Shown piece by piece: positions 13,766 through 25,727 of a DNA stretch of 64,000 bases. The translations under genes were made by a program, and so were the position numbers. The notes beneath the pieces are model-generated. The model worked only from the letters and a program-made list of their open reading frames with translations, was not told the DNA's origin and did not search any database. This stretch comes from Paragordius varius (lineage: Eukaryota; Animalia; Nematomorpha): positions 3,596,001-3,660,000 of the forward strand of contig OZ176056.1 in NCBI GenBank assembly GCA_964247055.1, written 5' to 3'. Within the stretch, counting starts at the first letter, position 1. Each line of letters opens with the position of its first letter.

Positions 13766-16700
13766 TATCGTTTGATTAATTTAAGGGACTGTCGGTTTAA
13801 TAAAAAGTAAAAATTAGTTTTAATAACCCGCTACATTTGAAAAACCATAAAATTATTAGTATTGGATTTATTATATCTTTACATTTTGCGACATTGTTAA
13901 TCTATAACTCTCTTTTTTAACAATTCTTTGACATATTTCCACATTTTTCATAAGTTCATACTGTTTAAGATTTTTCAAATACATAAAGAATATATATCTC
14001 TGATAATATATTTATCAATGATTTTATTTTAAAATGATTACTATTTATATAGTGGACAAAAAATTTTTTTTGCATAATACAATATTTTATTTCCCTTTCC
14101 GTTTCCCTTAAATTTTGTGCAAGTATAAAAAATTTATTATAATTATGTCATTTGCCAATAATGATTGATTCCCCTGAGTATTTTTATAGATTTTGTCAAC
14201 ACTTTTAAATATTTATTTTATAAATATATAATATTATTTTATTTAGCTCACAATGGAGTATCCCTGGTCTTGATGGAACCCTGGAGAAGGCAATCTCAGA
14301 TTCTGATGGCAAAAAATTCCCTTGGTAATTTAACATTATCTATGCCTGCCTCTGCCTTATATTTTAATTACTATAGCAAATATATGTTTTTAAGAGTAGG
14401 AAATTAATTATTGATTTTGGCGTTTAAAGAATTTTTTATGTTAATAGAGATTTAATTAAACGGAAAGAATGGTTATGGTTAATTTCAAATTTTCGCTTAT
14501 TATGAATTTGATTTCATTTTTTTGCCATTTATATAGAGAAGAGTAACTTATACCACACATATTTGTATTGTAATGTTAATGGACTAGTCTGGTTTTTGTC
14601 AACTTTAAGTTTAAAATTCATTTTGAAAAAAAAAATCAAATGAATTTACATAAAATAAGCCTTAGCTAATAAGCAAAATTTTCATAATGACACTTAAAAA
14701 AGCTCATTAAAATAAAATTTTAAATAAGTTTTTTTTATATTATTCGATATTTTTTACAAAACGACATGCTATAAAAATACTAACATATCATTTTGAAATT
14801 AACCACACACACAAACAAAAAGCAACGAAAATAATTTTTTTCGAATATTCTTTTTTAATTTAATATTCAAATAGGTTCAAATTTGGTATTCTTTTAAAGC
14901 GCAATTCTCACCTATTTTTGTTCCAGATAATTTATATTATTCCATTTAATTTAATAAAAAATGTTACACAGGTATGGTATAAGACCGAATGAAGTTTTAG
15001 TCATACCTTTTCCCAGTCGCAAAACGCAGGTACGAAACATAAGTATGAGTGACAATTTTTACCCGCATGTCACTTGGGATTACCCGGGAGACAAGTTTGA
15101 ATCAGCTAAACTCACCAAAGTGTGTCGAGATCAAAAGTTTTTTGTTTGGTTAGTAGGTAGGTAAACCACGAATTTATATATATACACACCATTTACAGTT
15201 CAAATTCACCCTTAAACAATTCAAATCCACCCTTGAACAATTCAAATTCACCCTAAAATTGATTATGTGTTTTTTATTTTAAAAATTAATTTCATTTTTT
15301 TAATATTTTTCAAATTTGAAATTCTGTTTAAAATTAATATAATGCTGAAAAAATAATAAACTATGTCGTAAAAATATATTTTTTATTAATGATGAGTTAT
15401 ATCATCCCGATACATAATTTATTTTTAGGGTGAATTTAAATTGTTCGAGGGTGAATTTAAATTGTAAATGGTATATATAAAAAACGAAATTTTTCAACAT
15501 TAAAACGCCACATTATTATATTGGTAACAACTTAATTCATAATCATCAAAATATCAAATAGGTATTGGTTATGATTACATTATATTACTGATAGTGTTAA
15601 AATATTTGAAGTGGCATTACCAGTCTACATTTATTAAACTAGTTTTAATTTGATAATTGGTATTATCAAACAATTTTAATTGGATTTTTTTTATGACATA
15701 CACTTATGATTAATAAAAGTCATCTTTTACCTATTATTATAGAGTAACGAGAGCAATCATTGGTGGATATTTCAATTGTCTGAAAGGGAATTTAATTTAC
15801 ATAACTGTTGGCATTTATGAAATCTTTCGTTTACATTAGTTATTTAAATTTTTGAACATTTTTAAACAGTGTTTTATTAAATATGTAACTAAAATAATTA
15901 ATCTCATGCATGATGACAACAGATATTAACTAAATACTTTTTTGGCCAATTAAAGCTACCAATGTAATCGATAGTTACTGATTTATTTTTTATAATTTTC
16001 CAATTTTTCTATAGCTATGAATATTACACTGCGACAAATATATGTGCTCAAAGCTGCCAAATGGAGGATGAAAGTACTCATATATATTATTATAATAGTA
16101 TTAACAAACACGTTTATGTAAAAATTAAAATTATAAAAACAAAACATGAAAAGTAAATGATGTAATGAACTAACATTTTTCATTTTTGTTTTTTATTCTA
16201 CAGCGTTAAATATAATTGAGCATATACCAATTCATATATTTTTTTTCTTATTTTACAACCCAAAAAACGATACGTTATATTTAAATACCTAATTTGATAT
16301 GAAAATTATGACCTTTAATAAAATATTAGAGTGTTTTGTCTTGATATATTTTTTTATTTTTAATGTATTACAAATAACTTAAAATTTAGGTAACTGTAAA
16401 ACTGGATCCACAAAGGCCACTTGGCAGTCGAACCATATCAGTTAGTGGAAAACTCAATCCACCTCAAATATTTTTTGCGGACGAAAAAAACTTGCGACAT
16501 CACGTTACCAAATTTATACCTGTACAGGTGCTATCACCACCTTCTGCAAATATTTGTCAAATTCTTACATGGGTACCCAAAGGTTATACATAATGATTTA
16601 ATTAACTTGAAATTAATCTGATATATTTATAGGTAAAAGTAAGACTCAAAATTAGCAAAATATAAGTGTTGTAAAAAGATAGGACATATCTTTGAATTGT

Positions 16701-17378
16701 AAATAGAGTAAACTTATTAATTGATGGATCCTAATTTTTTTAAGGGTCGACACAAGGGCAATTTTTTTATGGTTTGAGGGCGACTAATTTATTTTGTTTA
16801 TATTTATTATAATCTATGTTTATTATTCCATAACATGGTATTTTTAAATGAAATTTACATCATCAACAGTTTTGTATATCCATTTACTAAATCACCATGA
16901 AATCCTTTAATTTGATGCATCTATAAAACCTAGCAGTTCTAATTCGTTCCTTTTTGTACATATTACCTAAAAATAAAAATATATATTGAATCCTTTGTAA
17001 AAAATTTAAAAGGGATTTTTTTTTATTTTTGCGTTTATAGGCTGTAAAAATAAACAAGGGATAGTTGTGATACCAGCTAAATCCAGTATGTTGAAACCAT
17101 CATCAACTGAAAACGAAAAAAATAGTTCTGGTAAAAATGGACATCGAGATTATAATAAAAAATCCAATAAAAATGATTTGCCTGAAAAATCGTTGGCACC
17201 GTTAGACGAAAATCAATTTTCCAAATTATCGATTTCCAAATCAAGCACAAATAATTACCAACATACTCAAACAACACGATCAAGTATAACTAATAATTCT
17301 AATGAGGATAAACAGATAAATACCCCCCAGTCCACCACGATATATAGTAATACAGTTCAATCTCTAAATAGAATTTGA
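8741..17378 (+). CDS. FAM78: FAM78-family protein, about 531 aa, 8 exons: 8741-9197, 10465-10636, 13195-13308, 14247-14324, 14972-15156, 16015-16073, 16390-16582, 17041-17378
   Basis: The spliced product contains IDPGPIQVDESSESIFRFKTPYFR, ETWIFGWIQAC, AISDSDGKKFPWYG, SMSDNFYPHVTW, RDQKFFVWLVA, DPQRPLGSR and VVIPAK, matching FAM78A/B motifs. All introns are GT-AG with consistent phases. The start is MG, a myristoylation-like motif. Confidence 0.9.
9306..9500. mobile_element. Foldback/MITE of about 195 bp in FAM78 intron 1
   Basis: Arms atgcattttaatggttgcttattacac and gtgtgaaataagcaaccattaaaatgcat are inverted complements. Confidence 0.65.
10676..10899. mobile_element. Foldback MITE with ~100-bp arms, about 40 nt after FAM78 exon 2
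   Basis: aaatatttggtaaagaat..caagagctctatggta pairs with taccatagagctcttg..attctttaccaaatattt. The ends are tacag..ctgta. Confidence 0.7.
12809..13060. mobile_element. Tc1/pogo-like MITE
   Basis: tacagtaaaaactgaaattatacggacaaat ... tttgtccgtataatttcaatt, with ~70-bp TIRs. Confidence 0.7.
13704..13762. repeat. (AT)n microsatellite
   Basis: About 29 AT units. Shorter tracts lie near 29168, 30197, 39590, 42258, 59757 and 59903. Confidence 0.95.
15189..15471. mobile_element. Foldback MITE with tandem ~20-bp subterminal repeats (CCATTTACA-ATTCAAATTCACCCT family)
   Basis: TIR ccatttacagttcaaattcaccct / agggtgaatttaaattgtaaatgg with TA-rich flanks. Other copies lie at about 34700-35035, 37141-37346 and 56600-56852. 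Confidence 0.75.
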
Positions 17379-17898
17379 TTCTTAACTATAAAATTTAGTT
17401 GTTATCAACCCTCACACATATACATCTATTGAAAATCAAACATATTATAATATGTTCTTAGTCAAACTTTATTGTGCAATCTTTATTTTGACCTTGAACA
17501 ACTTGCAAAAATGCGTGCGCTCAATATATATTATATTGTAACGTTTGTTTACCCTACATCTATAATTTTGTAATAATTAAGACCCCTGAGTTTTTTTAAT
17601 CGCATATTGGTATCTCATAAAGACTAGTTATAACTATATTATAGGGTGATGAACTCTTAACAAAAAATGTTTATAACTTTTTAATCATTTTGTTTTAAAA
17701 TTCGGATAATTACCCTATCTATATATATACATTTTATCCTTCTTTATCCATTCTTATAATATGAGATCAACTCACATATATAAACATACATATCCTTTTG
17801 CATAATACAAGTGCAATAAATATATTCGTTATAATGAAATCAAATTTAGTGAAATTAATCCAATTATTAATCACGTTTAGGAGAATTCGCACATATTA

Positions 17899-18185
17899 CA
17901 GTAAAATACAAAATTATACGGACACGTGAAAATATAAAGACAAATATTTTTTTCAAAAAGACAACCATACTTTTTTAATCTTGATTTTTTCAAATGTCAC
18001 TCATTGTTTTAACCTTTAAATTATAATATGGAAATGTAAATTTGTAACACAATCAATTGTGTATGCTACGATTGTAGTTAAATGTTTTTTATAGGTTAAA
18101 TTAAGGTTTGAAAAAGTATGGTTGTCTTTTAAAAAAATTTTTATCATATTTTTACATTTTATCCGTATAATTTCAAATTTTACTG
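17899..18185. mobile_element. Complete Tc1/pogo-like MITE with TA TSD
   Basis: ta|cagtaaaatacaaaattatacggac ... atccgtataatttcaaattttactg|ta. Confidence 0.8.
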
Positions 18186-19904
18186 TAAGAGATGTCGCGA
18201 AAATTATAGATGAAGATTATTCCATAGAGTTTTTATACAAAATTAGTCATATCGTAAAAAATATGATTTAATAATTAATTTATGGGAATACAAGCTGGTA
18301 TATGATACATATTCCATGTACCGATTTAAGGCTATTCTCATTAAATTGGGACACAAATGTAAATAACGTAGCTAAATTAAACTGAAAATTAACAACTAAA
18401 TTGCTTTTTGTGTCTAAACTTCTAATTTAATAGTGCTTGCACTTAATTATTTGTACTTGGTTATAAATATCTAGATATGTGTTTTGAAATACTGTTGTAT
18501 ATGGAGCACAGCTCTTAAGACAAGAAAAATATTTTATTTGGCCCTTTAAAAATCATTTGTCTGAACTGCTCTTAGAAATATTTAAATGTTAATTTCATTT
18601 TTGAACATTTAATAAGATTATTTTAATTATATTGAACGCTTATATACCACTCTATTTTGAAAATTTGTATGATTTTTTAAAAGCGGATATAAGTTTTTAC
18701 GGAGAAGTTTATTATTCAGCCTGCTCGAACAGTAAATTATATTAAGGTATGAAAAAATTTGAATCAAATTTTTATTTAAATGTAAACAAAACAAATATTG
18801 CTCAAAATGACAGTTCTCTTTTACGAGCTGATATTTTTTCTTTTAAAAAACACAATCTAATATAATCGGTCTGGCATTGATGTTAAAAAATATTAAATTA
18901 AGAATCCAGTAATTTCTAATTAATAGCGTTTTAAAATCGCAAAAATGGTGGTTAACGCCATATGAGAAAAATGAATGCGTAAAATTCTGATATTTCTTGG
19001 TTATAAAATCTAATTATTAGATTTTGGTCTATTAAAAATCTGTTTTAAGAGTTTTATTAAATGTGGACATGTTCTATCCAAAGCCATTATATTTAAGCAA
19101 AATATATCATTTCACCTGCATTAGCTAGCTTTCAAATTCTTGAACATGATCAGTATAAGTTTTTATTTTCATTCGATACACGTTCCAATCATCTTAAATA
19201 GAGGTTTTTTGTTATTATTTGGGTCAGTTTTTAATCGTCGTTTGATATTAAAAATGTATTCTGTAAGCTTACATTGTTATTTGCGATCGAGACAGTCGTC
19301 TTTAATCAATTGAGTTAAGTTTAATTATTGATGTTTTTTTCCCAATCATGATATGGTCTGCCTCGTCTTAAATTGCCGTTCGGATGATTATAAATTTTTC
19401 ATAAAATAGTGAGAATTATGGTAAAAAATTGAAAATACAACGAATTGAATTAGTTTATCAAACCATTATACAAAAGATATTGGGCCAAATATAATCACTC
19501 CAATGCCTTTTACATAAATATAATTTTAGGCAAAATATTTTAAAAATTTTAGGTAATCAGCTAAAAACACAGAAAATGGAGTAAGTGAATCAAAATGCAA
19601 CGAAATTTGACAACAGCTTTTTAGTCAATTAATATATAAAAATCAAGAGCGTTTCTAAATTTTTGACCGTAGAAATTAATCTATAGAAAAGTTAAACCTT
19701 TTCCATATCGATAGATAAATACGCTAAAACAATATAATTTTATAAAATATTAGCCATGGAACTAAAAATTGTTCAATTATAACATAACATATATAGTCTA
19801 AATGATTTTTAATTTAATTTATATACAATTAAATTATTTATTTGAATATCACATTGTACGCTTTTATATACAACCGTTTTTGGAGTTAATAGATCTCAAA
19901 AAAA

Positions 19905-21094
19905 TTATTTTTTAAAATTAATGCTGTAACCGCCAGTTCCTGGATCCTGATTGACTTTAAAATTTTCGGTGGAAAGTCCAAAAGGTTTTAGAACTAAATT
20001 TCCAAGTTCTTTAAGTTTACCTAAAAAATCATATACATGCTACAATGTATAACGTTTAAATACCTATAAAAAAGGCTATGCAAAAAATAAAAATAAATAG
20101 GAATATTTTGTAAATTTCTAAATAATCTTTTGAGGCAATATAAATTAATTTTCTCTCTAAGATTACCAAAAATATCCAATATAATTAATATTGTTAAAAA
20201 ATTAATGGATTCACTAATAATACCTAAACATTTAATGATTTCACCCATAAATTTACACAAAAATATTTTTATGAAAAAAATATGACTAACCAAACATTTC
20301 AGTTTTTAATTTTTCATTCTTTTCATTTATAAGGGGTGGAAGTCGGATTAAAGCTTGTAATGCTGGCCCATTACCCTTATCAATTTCCACAATTTGTTGA
20401 TAATCTTTAAGGGATTTTTCATATTCCTCAGTTAATTCGTATGCTTTGGCCCTTCGAATGAGTGCTTTTAAAAAAGTGGGATCTGATTCAAGGGCTATAA
20501 ATTAAATAAAAAAATTTATAAAAGCCTTTAAATAATTATATAAGGAATTAAAATGATAAACCTTTATTACAATCAAAAATGCATTCAGAGTACCTTTCCT
20601 AAAAATATAAAATGTAATTATTTACATCAGAAAAATGACAAGCCGCCCTGTTTGAATAATATATAGCTATTTGCCGATTAAATTTTAATGGACATGTATC
20701 CAAACATTCAGAATACAATTTAATAGCTTCAATATATTTTTTGTCAGTATATAGGGTATTTGCTTGCTGTTTTATACTTTCAGCTTTATTCTTGAGAGCC
20801 TTAAAATTATTTCATTAAATTTAACATTTAATTCCGATTCTGATAACAGATTTTCTGACTTTAATCGTTTTTCCAGGGAATTTTCATCATTGACTTCACT
20901 GACACCTTCAATTTTGAGATCTTTTATGTTAGAAAACATTTCATCTTCCGGAATATCTTTGCTTAGATCGTAAAAATCTTGAATTGATAACAAAAATTAC
21001 CATCATCGTCGCTCTCTTTCAAGCAAGTAGTCTTTTGTCTGATGTTGTCGGTTTCATTCATATTGTAAGCAGATTTTGTTTGCAAACACTCCAT
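19905..21094 (-). CDS. TTC1: Tetratricopeptide repeat protein 1, about 258 aa, 6 exons: 21094-21001, 20977-20826, 20799-20626, 20598-20562, 20494-20291, 20020-19905
   Basis: The spliced product contains [45 protein letters not shown] and the TTC1 C-terminus [54 protein letters not shown]. Confidence 0.93.
20599..20625 (-). other. 27-nt spliceosomal intron (TTC1 intron 3)
   Basis: GTAAATAATTACATTTTATATTTTTAG, phase 0. Its terminal TAG is an in-frame stop if the intron is retained. Confidence 0.88.
20800..20825 (-). other. 26-nt spliceosomal intron (TTC1 intron 2)
   Basis: GTTAAATTTAATGAAATAATTTTAAG. Removal joins SESELN|[10 protein letters not shown] into the TPR frame. Confidence 0.88.
20978..21000 (-). 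other. 23-nt spliceosomal intron (TTC1 intron 1)
   Basis: GTAATTTTTGTTATCAATTCAAG. The unspliced frame hits TAA, whereas the spliced frame reads ESDDD-DFYDL. Confidence 0.75.
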
Positions 21095-21259
21095 GCCAAT
21101 TTAGAATAGCATAAGTCTAATTAAAATTATTCAGGTTTTAGGTAAATTTATATTAAAATATTAAACAAGGATTCAACCTATCCTTTTTTAAACTGTAGTG
21201 CCTTCGTAAGATCTTAAAAAAATCAATTTTTTCAATTTTCTAAATTTGACATTGTATAG

Positions 21260-21783
21260 CACTTGGATACAACATATTCATTTCAGTCCTTCGATTCAAA
21301 TTGGGGTGGTTGGATACCCAAGGCCTATTTAATATTTAATAATTCAAAAAAATGGAATGAATTAAAACCATGGAAAAAAGTTGCACTTATAAATAATAAC
21401 GGTTCCATCAAAAATATTGATTTTATTTATTTTTAAATATTTCAAAGTAGGCCATTAGGCGACATGACATGTGTGCATTAGCTTAATTTAAAAATAGTAC
21501 AAAATAAACCACTTTTTTGTTTCTGTCACTGTTAGATTAGATTTAAATAAATTTAGCATTTATTTTAGCTTAAAATTAAATATACATGATATTTTGCAAA
21601 GTTGTTGCAAAAAATGGCGTCGTAGTTTGATATGGTTTTTTAAAATTAAATTTTACTAAGATGGTTTATTTATATAATTTTTATTAGGATAGAAGCATAT
21701 TAAATTAGGACCGTTTCTTTTAAAAATTTTTAATAATAATTTAAATAGAGTCTGGGTTATTTGAATATCCCAATTTTGAAGTG
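21260..21783 (+). mobile_element. piggyBac-like (TTAA) MITE, degenerate ends
   Basis: Same family as 48296-48869, starting cacttggatacaac..ccttcgattcaaattgggg. Confidence 0.7.
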
Positions 21784-21964
21784 ATAAATACTAAATTAGT
21801 CTGGAAAACTATTATAGGTTTTATAATATATATTTTTAAAACCTAAATATTCCTATAAAATCGCTAACGGTATTCAAATCGTCGAACCAACAATATAGTT
21901 TCTATTGAAACAATTTCACCTTTAAAGTATTAATATATCCAAACTTTAACAGTACTAGAATTTC

Positions 21965-24260
21965 ATTGTGTCCGAAATCAGGGGTATATAAAATAACCTG
22001 GTGAAATATATATATATATTATGAAAAGAAAATTTAGGATTATCATGGTGCTGTTTAGGTCTTTAAGAGTAATATAGGAGAGTTATTTATACATTTGTGA
22101 TAAGTCGTCAATATAGGGAAATTGCAATATTTGCTTACATTTATTTAAATAATTTGATGAAACAAATGTTTTCAAAAAAACTATTACTGAATGAAATGAA
22201 AACAATATTATTTAAAAATTTTAATTTTTAGATCTGGGCTTCAAAAGTAACAAGTTTTTTGCTCTTCTAAAATACAACGTGAAAAAGGCTGGGATTGCGC
22301 GAAAAACTTTACGCTAAATTTTGTTAAAAACTAAAAAATTTTAAAAAATGCATACTTTTATCGAAAATTTAATTTTTAGCATAAACTTAATGAAGTCAAC
22401 AGCATACTCTTTTATGATGGAAACGGTATAAAAACGTTCTAAGATATTTTTTATATATTTGATATCACCTCAGATTTTTGATTATATTTGTTAGCCTCAA
22501 ATTAATGTAAAATTTAAATTATTTGTTTGTAAACGAACCATTAAATTAATTTTTCTCAAAAGAAAAAATTATCGAATTATGAGAAAAAGTATTATGATCT
22601 TAAAGCGTTTTTCAACTGTTTCCATTATGCCTGAAAATAGTATGGAGTACGTTTCAACAAAGTTTGCTAAAAATTATATTTTAAAAATGTATGCATTTTA
22701 AAAAATCTTTTAATTTAAAAAATTTAGCATTTTAAATATTTTATCGCGCAATCTCGGATTTTTTGCGTTTATAATCACTTATTTTGGAAGAGCGAAAAAA
22801 TTTGGGTTTCGGGTCCACATTCAATAATTAAATTTTTATATTGCTTTGCTTTTGTGTAGTTTATGATTATTGATATTTTTTACATTTAAGCATTTAACTA
22901 TTACCAAAAAAATGATGTAAAAGATTTTGCGCATGTCCTTTTCTGTGTAGCGATCAACACAAAAATGTAAATAACTTACTTAAATAACTCGTAACCAAAG
23001 CAAAAAGCACTTTAATAATCTTGATACATTTTACAATCAGAATATTTTGTTTATACCCCCGATTTCGGATGCAGTGTCTAAAGCTACACAATGTTTTTAT
23101 TTATTTTTGGATATGGACTCCAAAAGTCCCAAATTTTTACGCACTTTTAAAATGGGCCAATTCTTTTAAATAACGGAAAAATGCCGACAATGCCCGATAT
23201 TAAAATAAATAAAAAATTTTGATATAAAAAATATTTCTTATAAAATTTATAGATTTTTAAAACTCTTTAGCAAAATTTTGTTGAGTACCTCATACAGTTT
23301 TAAAGCATGATTGATACCGTATAAAACGCTTTAAAATATTTTAAAATACTTTTTCAATATAATTCAATAATCAAAATTTTTATGCCCTTAGAATTATATA
23401 AATATTCGTTCACCTTTAATGTTAGGTTTAATATTGTGTTTTTTACAGAAGTTTACCAAAATGTTAGAAATGAACCTTTAAATTCTGAAATAGCATTAGG
23501 ATCAGCATCCTCAAAATAGAAAAGGTGTTTATATAATATCTTGTAGTGTTTTTATACAGTTTCCACCATACAATACTCTATTTACCAAAATTTTACTATC
23601 GATAAAATTTTTATATCCATTTTTTCGGAAAATCTTTTTTTGATATCAAATGACACATATTTAAAAAAATCGCGCAATCTCGGCTGGACAGATATTAATT
23701 TACGTTTATCGGTGTCAACATCAAAAATTTAAAATTATCTAAAAATATTGTTTTGCTTTTCATTGGTTTGTGATATATTATGGTGATAATTTTTGGAATA
23801 AAGCATTTAGTTTCACCAAAAAAATTTTTTTACCATAATGTGTGCAAATTCTTCCATTTGATATGAGAAGTTACCACAAAAGTGTAAATAACTTTCTTAA
23901 ATCACTCGGCTTGAAACCAAAAGTACTATGATAATTCTGTGATATACATATATCTATCAAAATATTTATATTATATCAGGATATATACTTTTTTGTAGAT
24001 GCTATTAATACTAATTTTGATGGTTTTTAGGAATAATTTATTAAGCTTTAAAAAACCAAAGAAATATGCTTAATTTTGCGCTTTTTGATATGAATCGATT
24101 AGGACAAATAACAATTTTGTTTAATTGCTCGTTAAAATAACAATAGCATGCCATTATATTTTTGTACCCCCTGATTTTGTAAGTGTATATATTGATTTGT
24201 ATCAAATTTTAATTAGATGTGGGATATGACTCTCAAATTTATGGACTGCTCTAAAATGGG
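21965..24260. repeat. Nested large inverted repeat with a diverged tandem ~1.1-kb duplicate
   Basis: Inverted arms include tccgaaatcaggggtata (about 21972) / tatacccccgatttcgga (about 23053) and attgcgcgaaaaa / tttatcgcgcaat. Direct similarity holds between 22590-23155 and 23540-24260. Confidence 0.55.
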
Positions 24261-24492
24261 TGGATAATAAACGCAAAACCTCTGAGGTTCTGCAATAAAA
24301 AATTTTAATATATGATAATGACATCATTTTACCAATAAATAGAAGCTTGGCTTAAATTTATTTAACCAATGTTTTGGATATTATACTCTTTATTAATAGT
24401 ACAATGATGCTGAGCACTTCTAGTATATGTATGATTAAAAGATGTGTTATTCTTCATTTAGTAGATTTTTTATGAAATCATTTTATATTAAA

Positions 24493-25727
24493 CTAGCGTA
24501 AATCTCGTGCTGCTACGCAGCCAAAGGAAGTCCTTCGGACTTCTGGGGGGGGGGGGGGGGCTTTTTGAAAAAAGGGACAATAAAATGATCCACATATGTG
24601 GATTATTTCGAAACATTATTTAATAGCTATGATCTCAAATATCAAAACGGGGCATTAATATTAATATATTGTTTACTTGGGCGAAAAATAGATTCAAAAA
24701 ATTATTTTTGTGGACTTTTTTTTGAAAAAATGGTATTTTACGGGGGCAACGGGTAAAAAGAGGGCCTAAATTAAAAAAACCAGACGACTATGTTCGGCGC
24801 AATCGAAAATAACCAAACAAAATCATATTTGAAATTGAATGGTCCAACTAGGGTTGTGCTGACTAAGTCATGTAGTATTTTTTGACCATGGTCATTTGAT
24901 AAAACAGCTGTTTTTTGAAAAGCTACTAAATTTTTTTAGAAGAGAGATAGTAAGATTTTATTGTTTTTTAATATATTTTTAAAAAATTTAAATATGCTTT
25001 TAATAATATAATAAAAATTGTTAAACATGCATTCTTATAACATTAGATTCAAGCATTTCCAATTATTTCAAAAAAAACAATCACTTTGCAAAACATGCAA
25101 TTATTCCATATATGTGAACCAATAAAATCCTATAATTGGATATTTTTTATGATGAAAGAAAATGTAAAACAAACAAACTAGGTAAGAAATATCCAGTATT
25201 AAAAGCTATGTTTTTGATTCAAAAGGCCACAAACATGTGGTAAAATTCATTTCAAAACGAATTTTTTCATTATATTTGATTAAAAATATTTGTAGGTAAT
25301 AAATATTAAAAAAATAATATAAACTTTTAAGAAAAAACATGACATTATTAGTGAAACGCAAACGTAATCCGAACATTATTTTGACAATACAATATAGCAT
25401 GATACTTACTTAAGTAAAAGTGGTCATGACCACGGTCATGACCATGGTCGACCGGACCTTTTTGAAAAAGCAGTCAAATGCACAACCCTAGGTCCAACAC
25501 GTTCTCCGGAAAATTGTCTCAAAGACACGATATTTACATGTTTTCAAAAAAAACCCGTTTTTTACACGGAGTGGGCCCGAACTGGGGTCCTAATTCAAAA
25601 AAAGGGCGAAGCTATTGTCGGGGCATTCATTAATGATTATATTTTTTCGATATTTGGATTTGAATGCGTCTACCTGTTTTTCGACATATCACAAAGCCAG
25701 CATTTTCCATGTTTATAAATATATAGA
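24493..25727 (-). mobile_element. Helitron family A interrupted by a hAT MITE
   Basis: a|CTAG at 24493, gaagtccttcggacttc hairpin, and a 5' end ..ataaatatataGA|t at 25727. Confidence 0.82.
24849..25490. mobile_element. hAT MITE, 642 bp, 11-bp TIR and 8-bp TSD
   Basis: ggtccaac|TAGGGTTGTGC ... GCACAACCCTA|ggtccaac. Confidence 0.9.

Noticed and set aside
19000-19400. Possible Tc1-like transposase relic (- strand, KRRL..KKPL)
   Set aside because: Too degraded to support a call.
20764-20993. ORF-track entries 20764..20973 (+) and 20772..20993 (-) as standalone genes
   Set aside because: The - ORF is TTC1 exon 2 read through tiny introns, and the + ORF is its antisense shadow.
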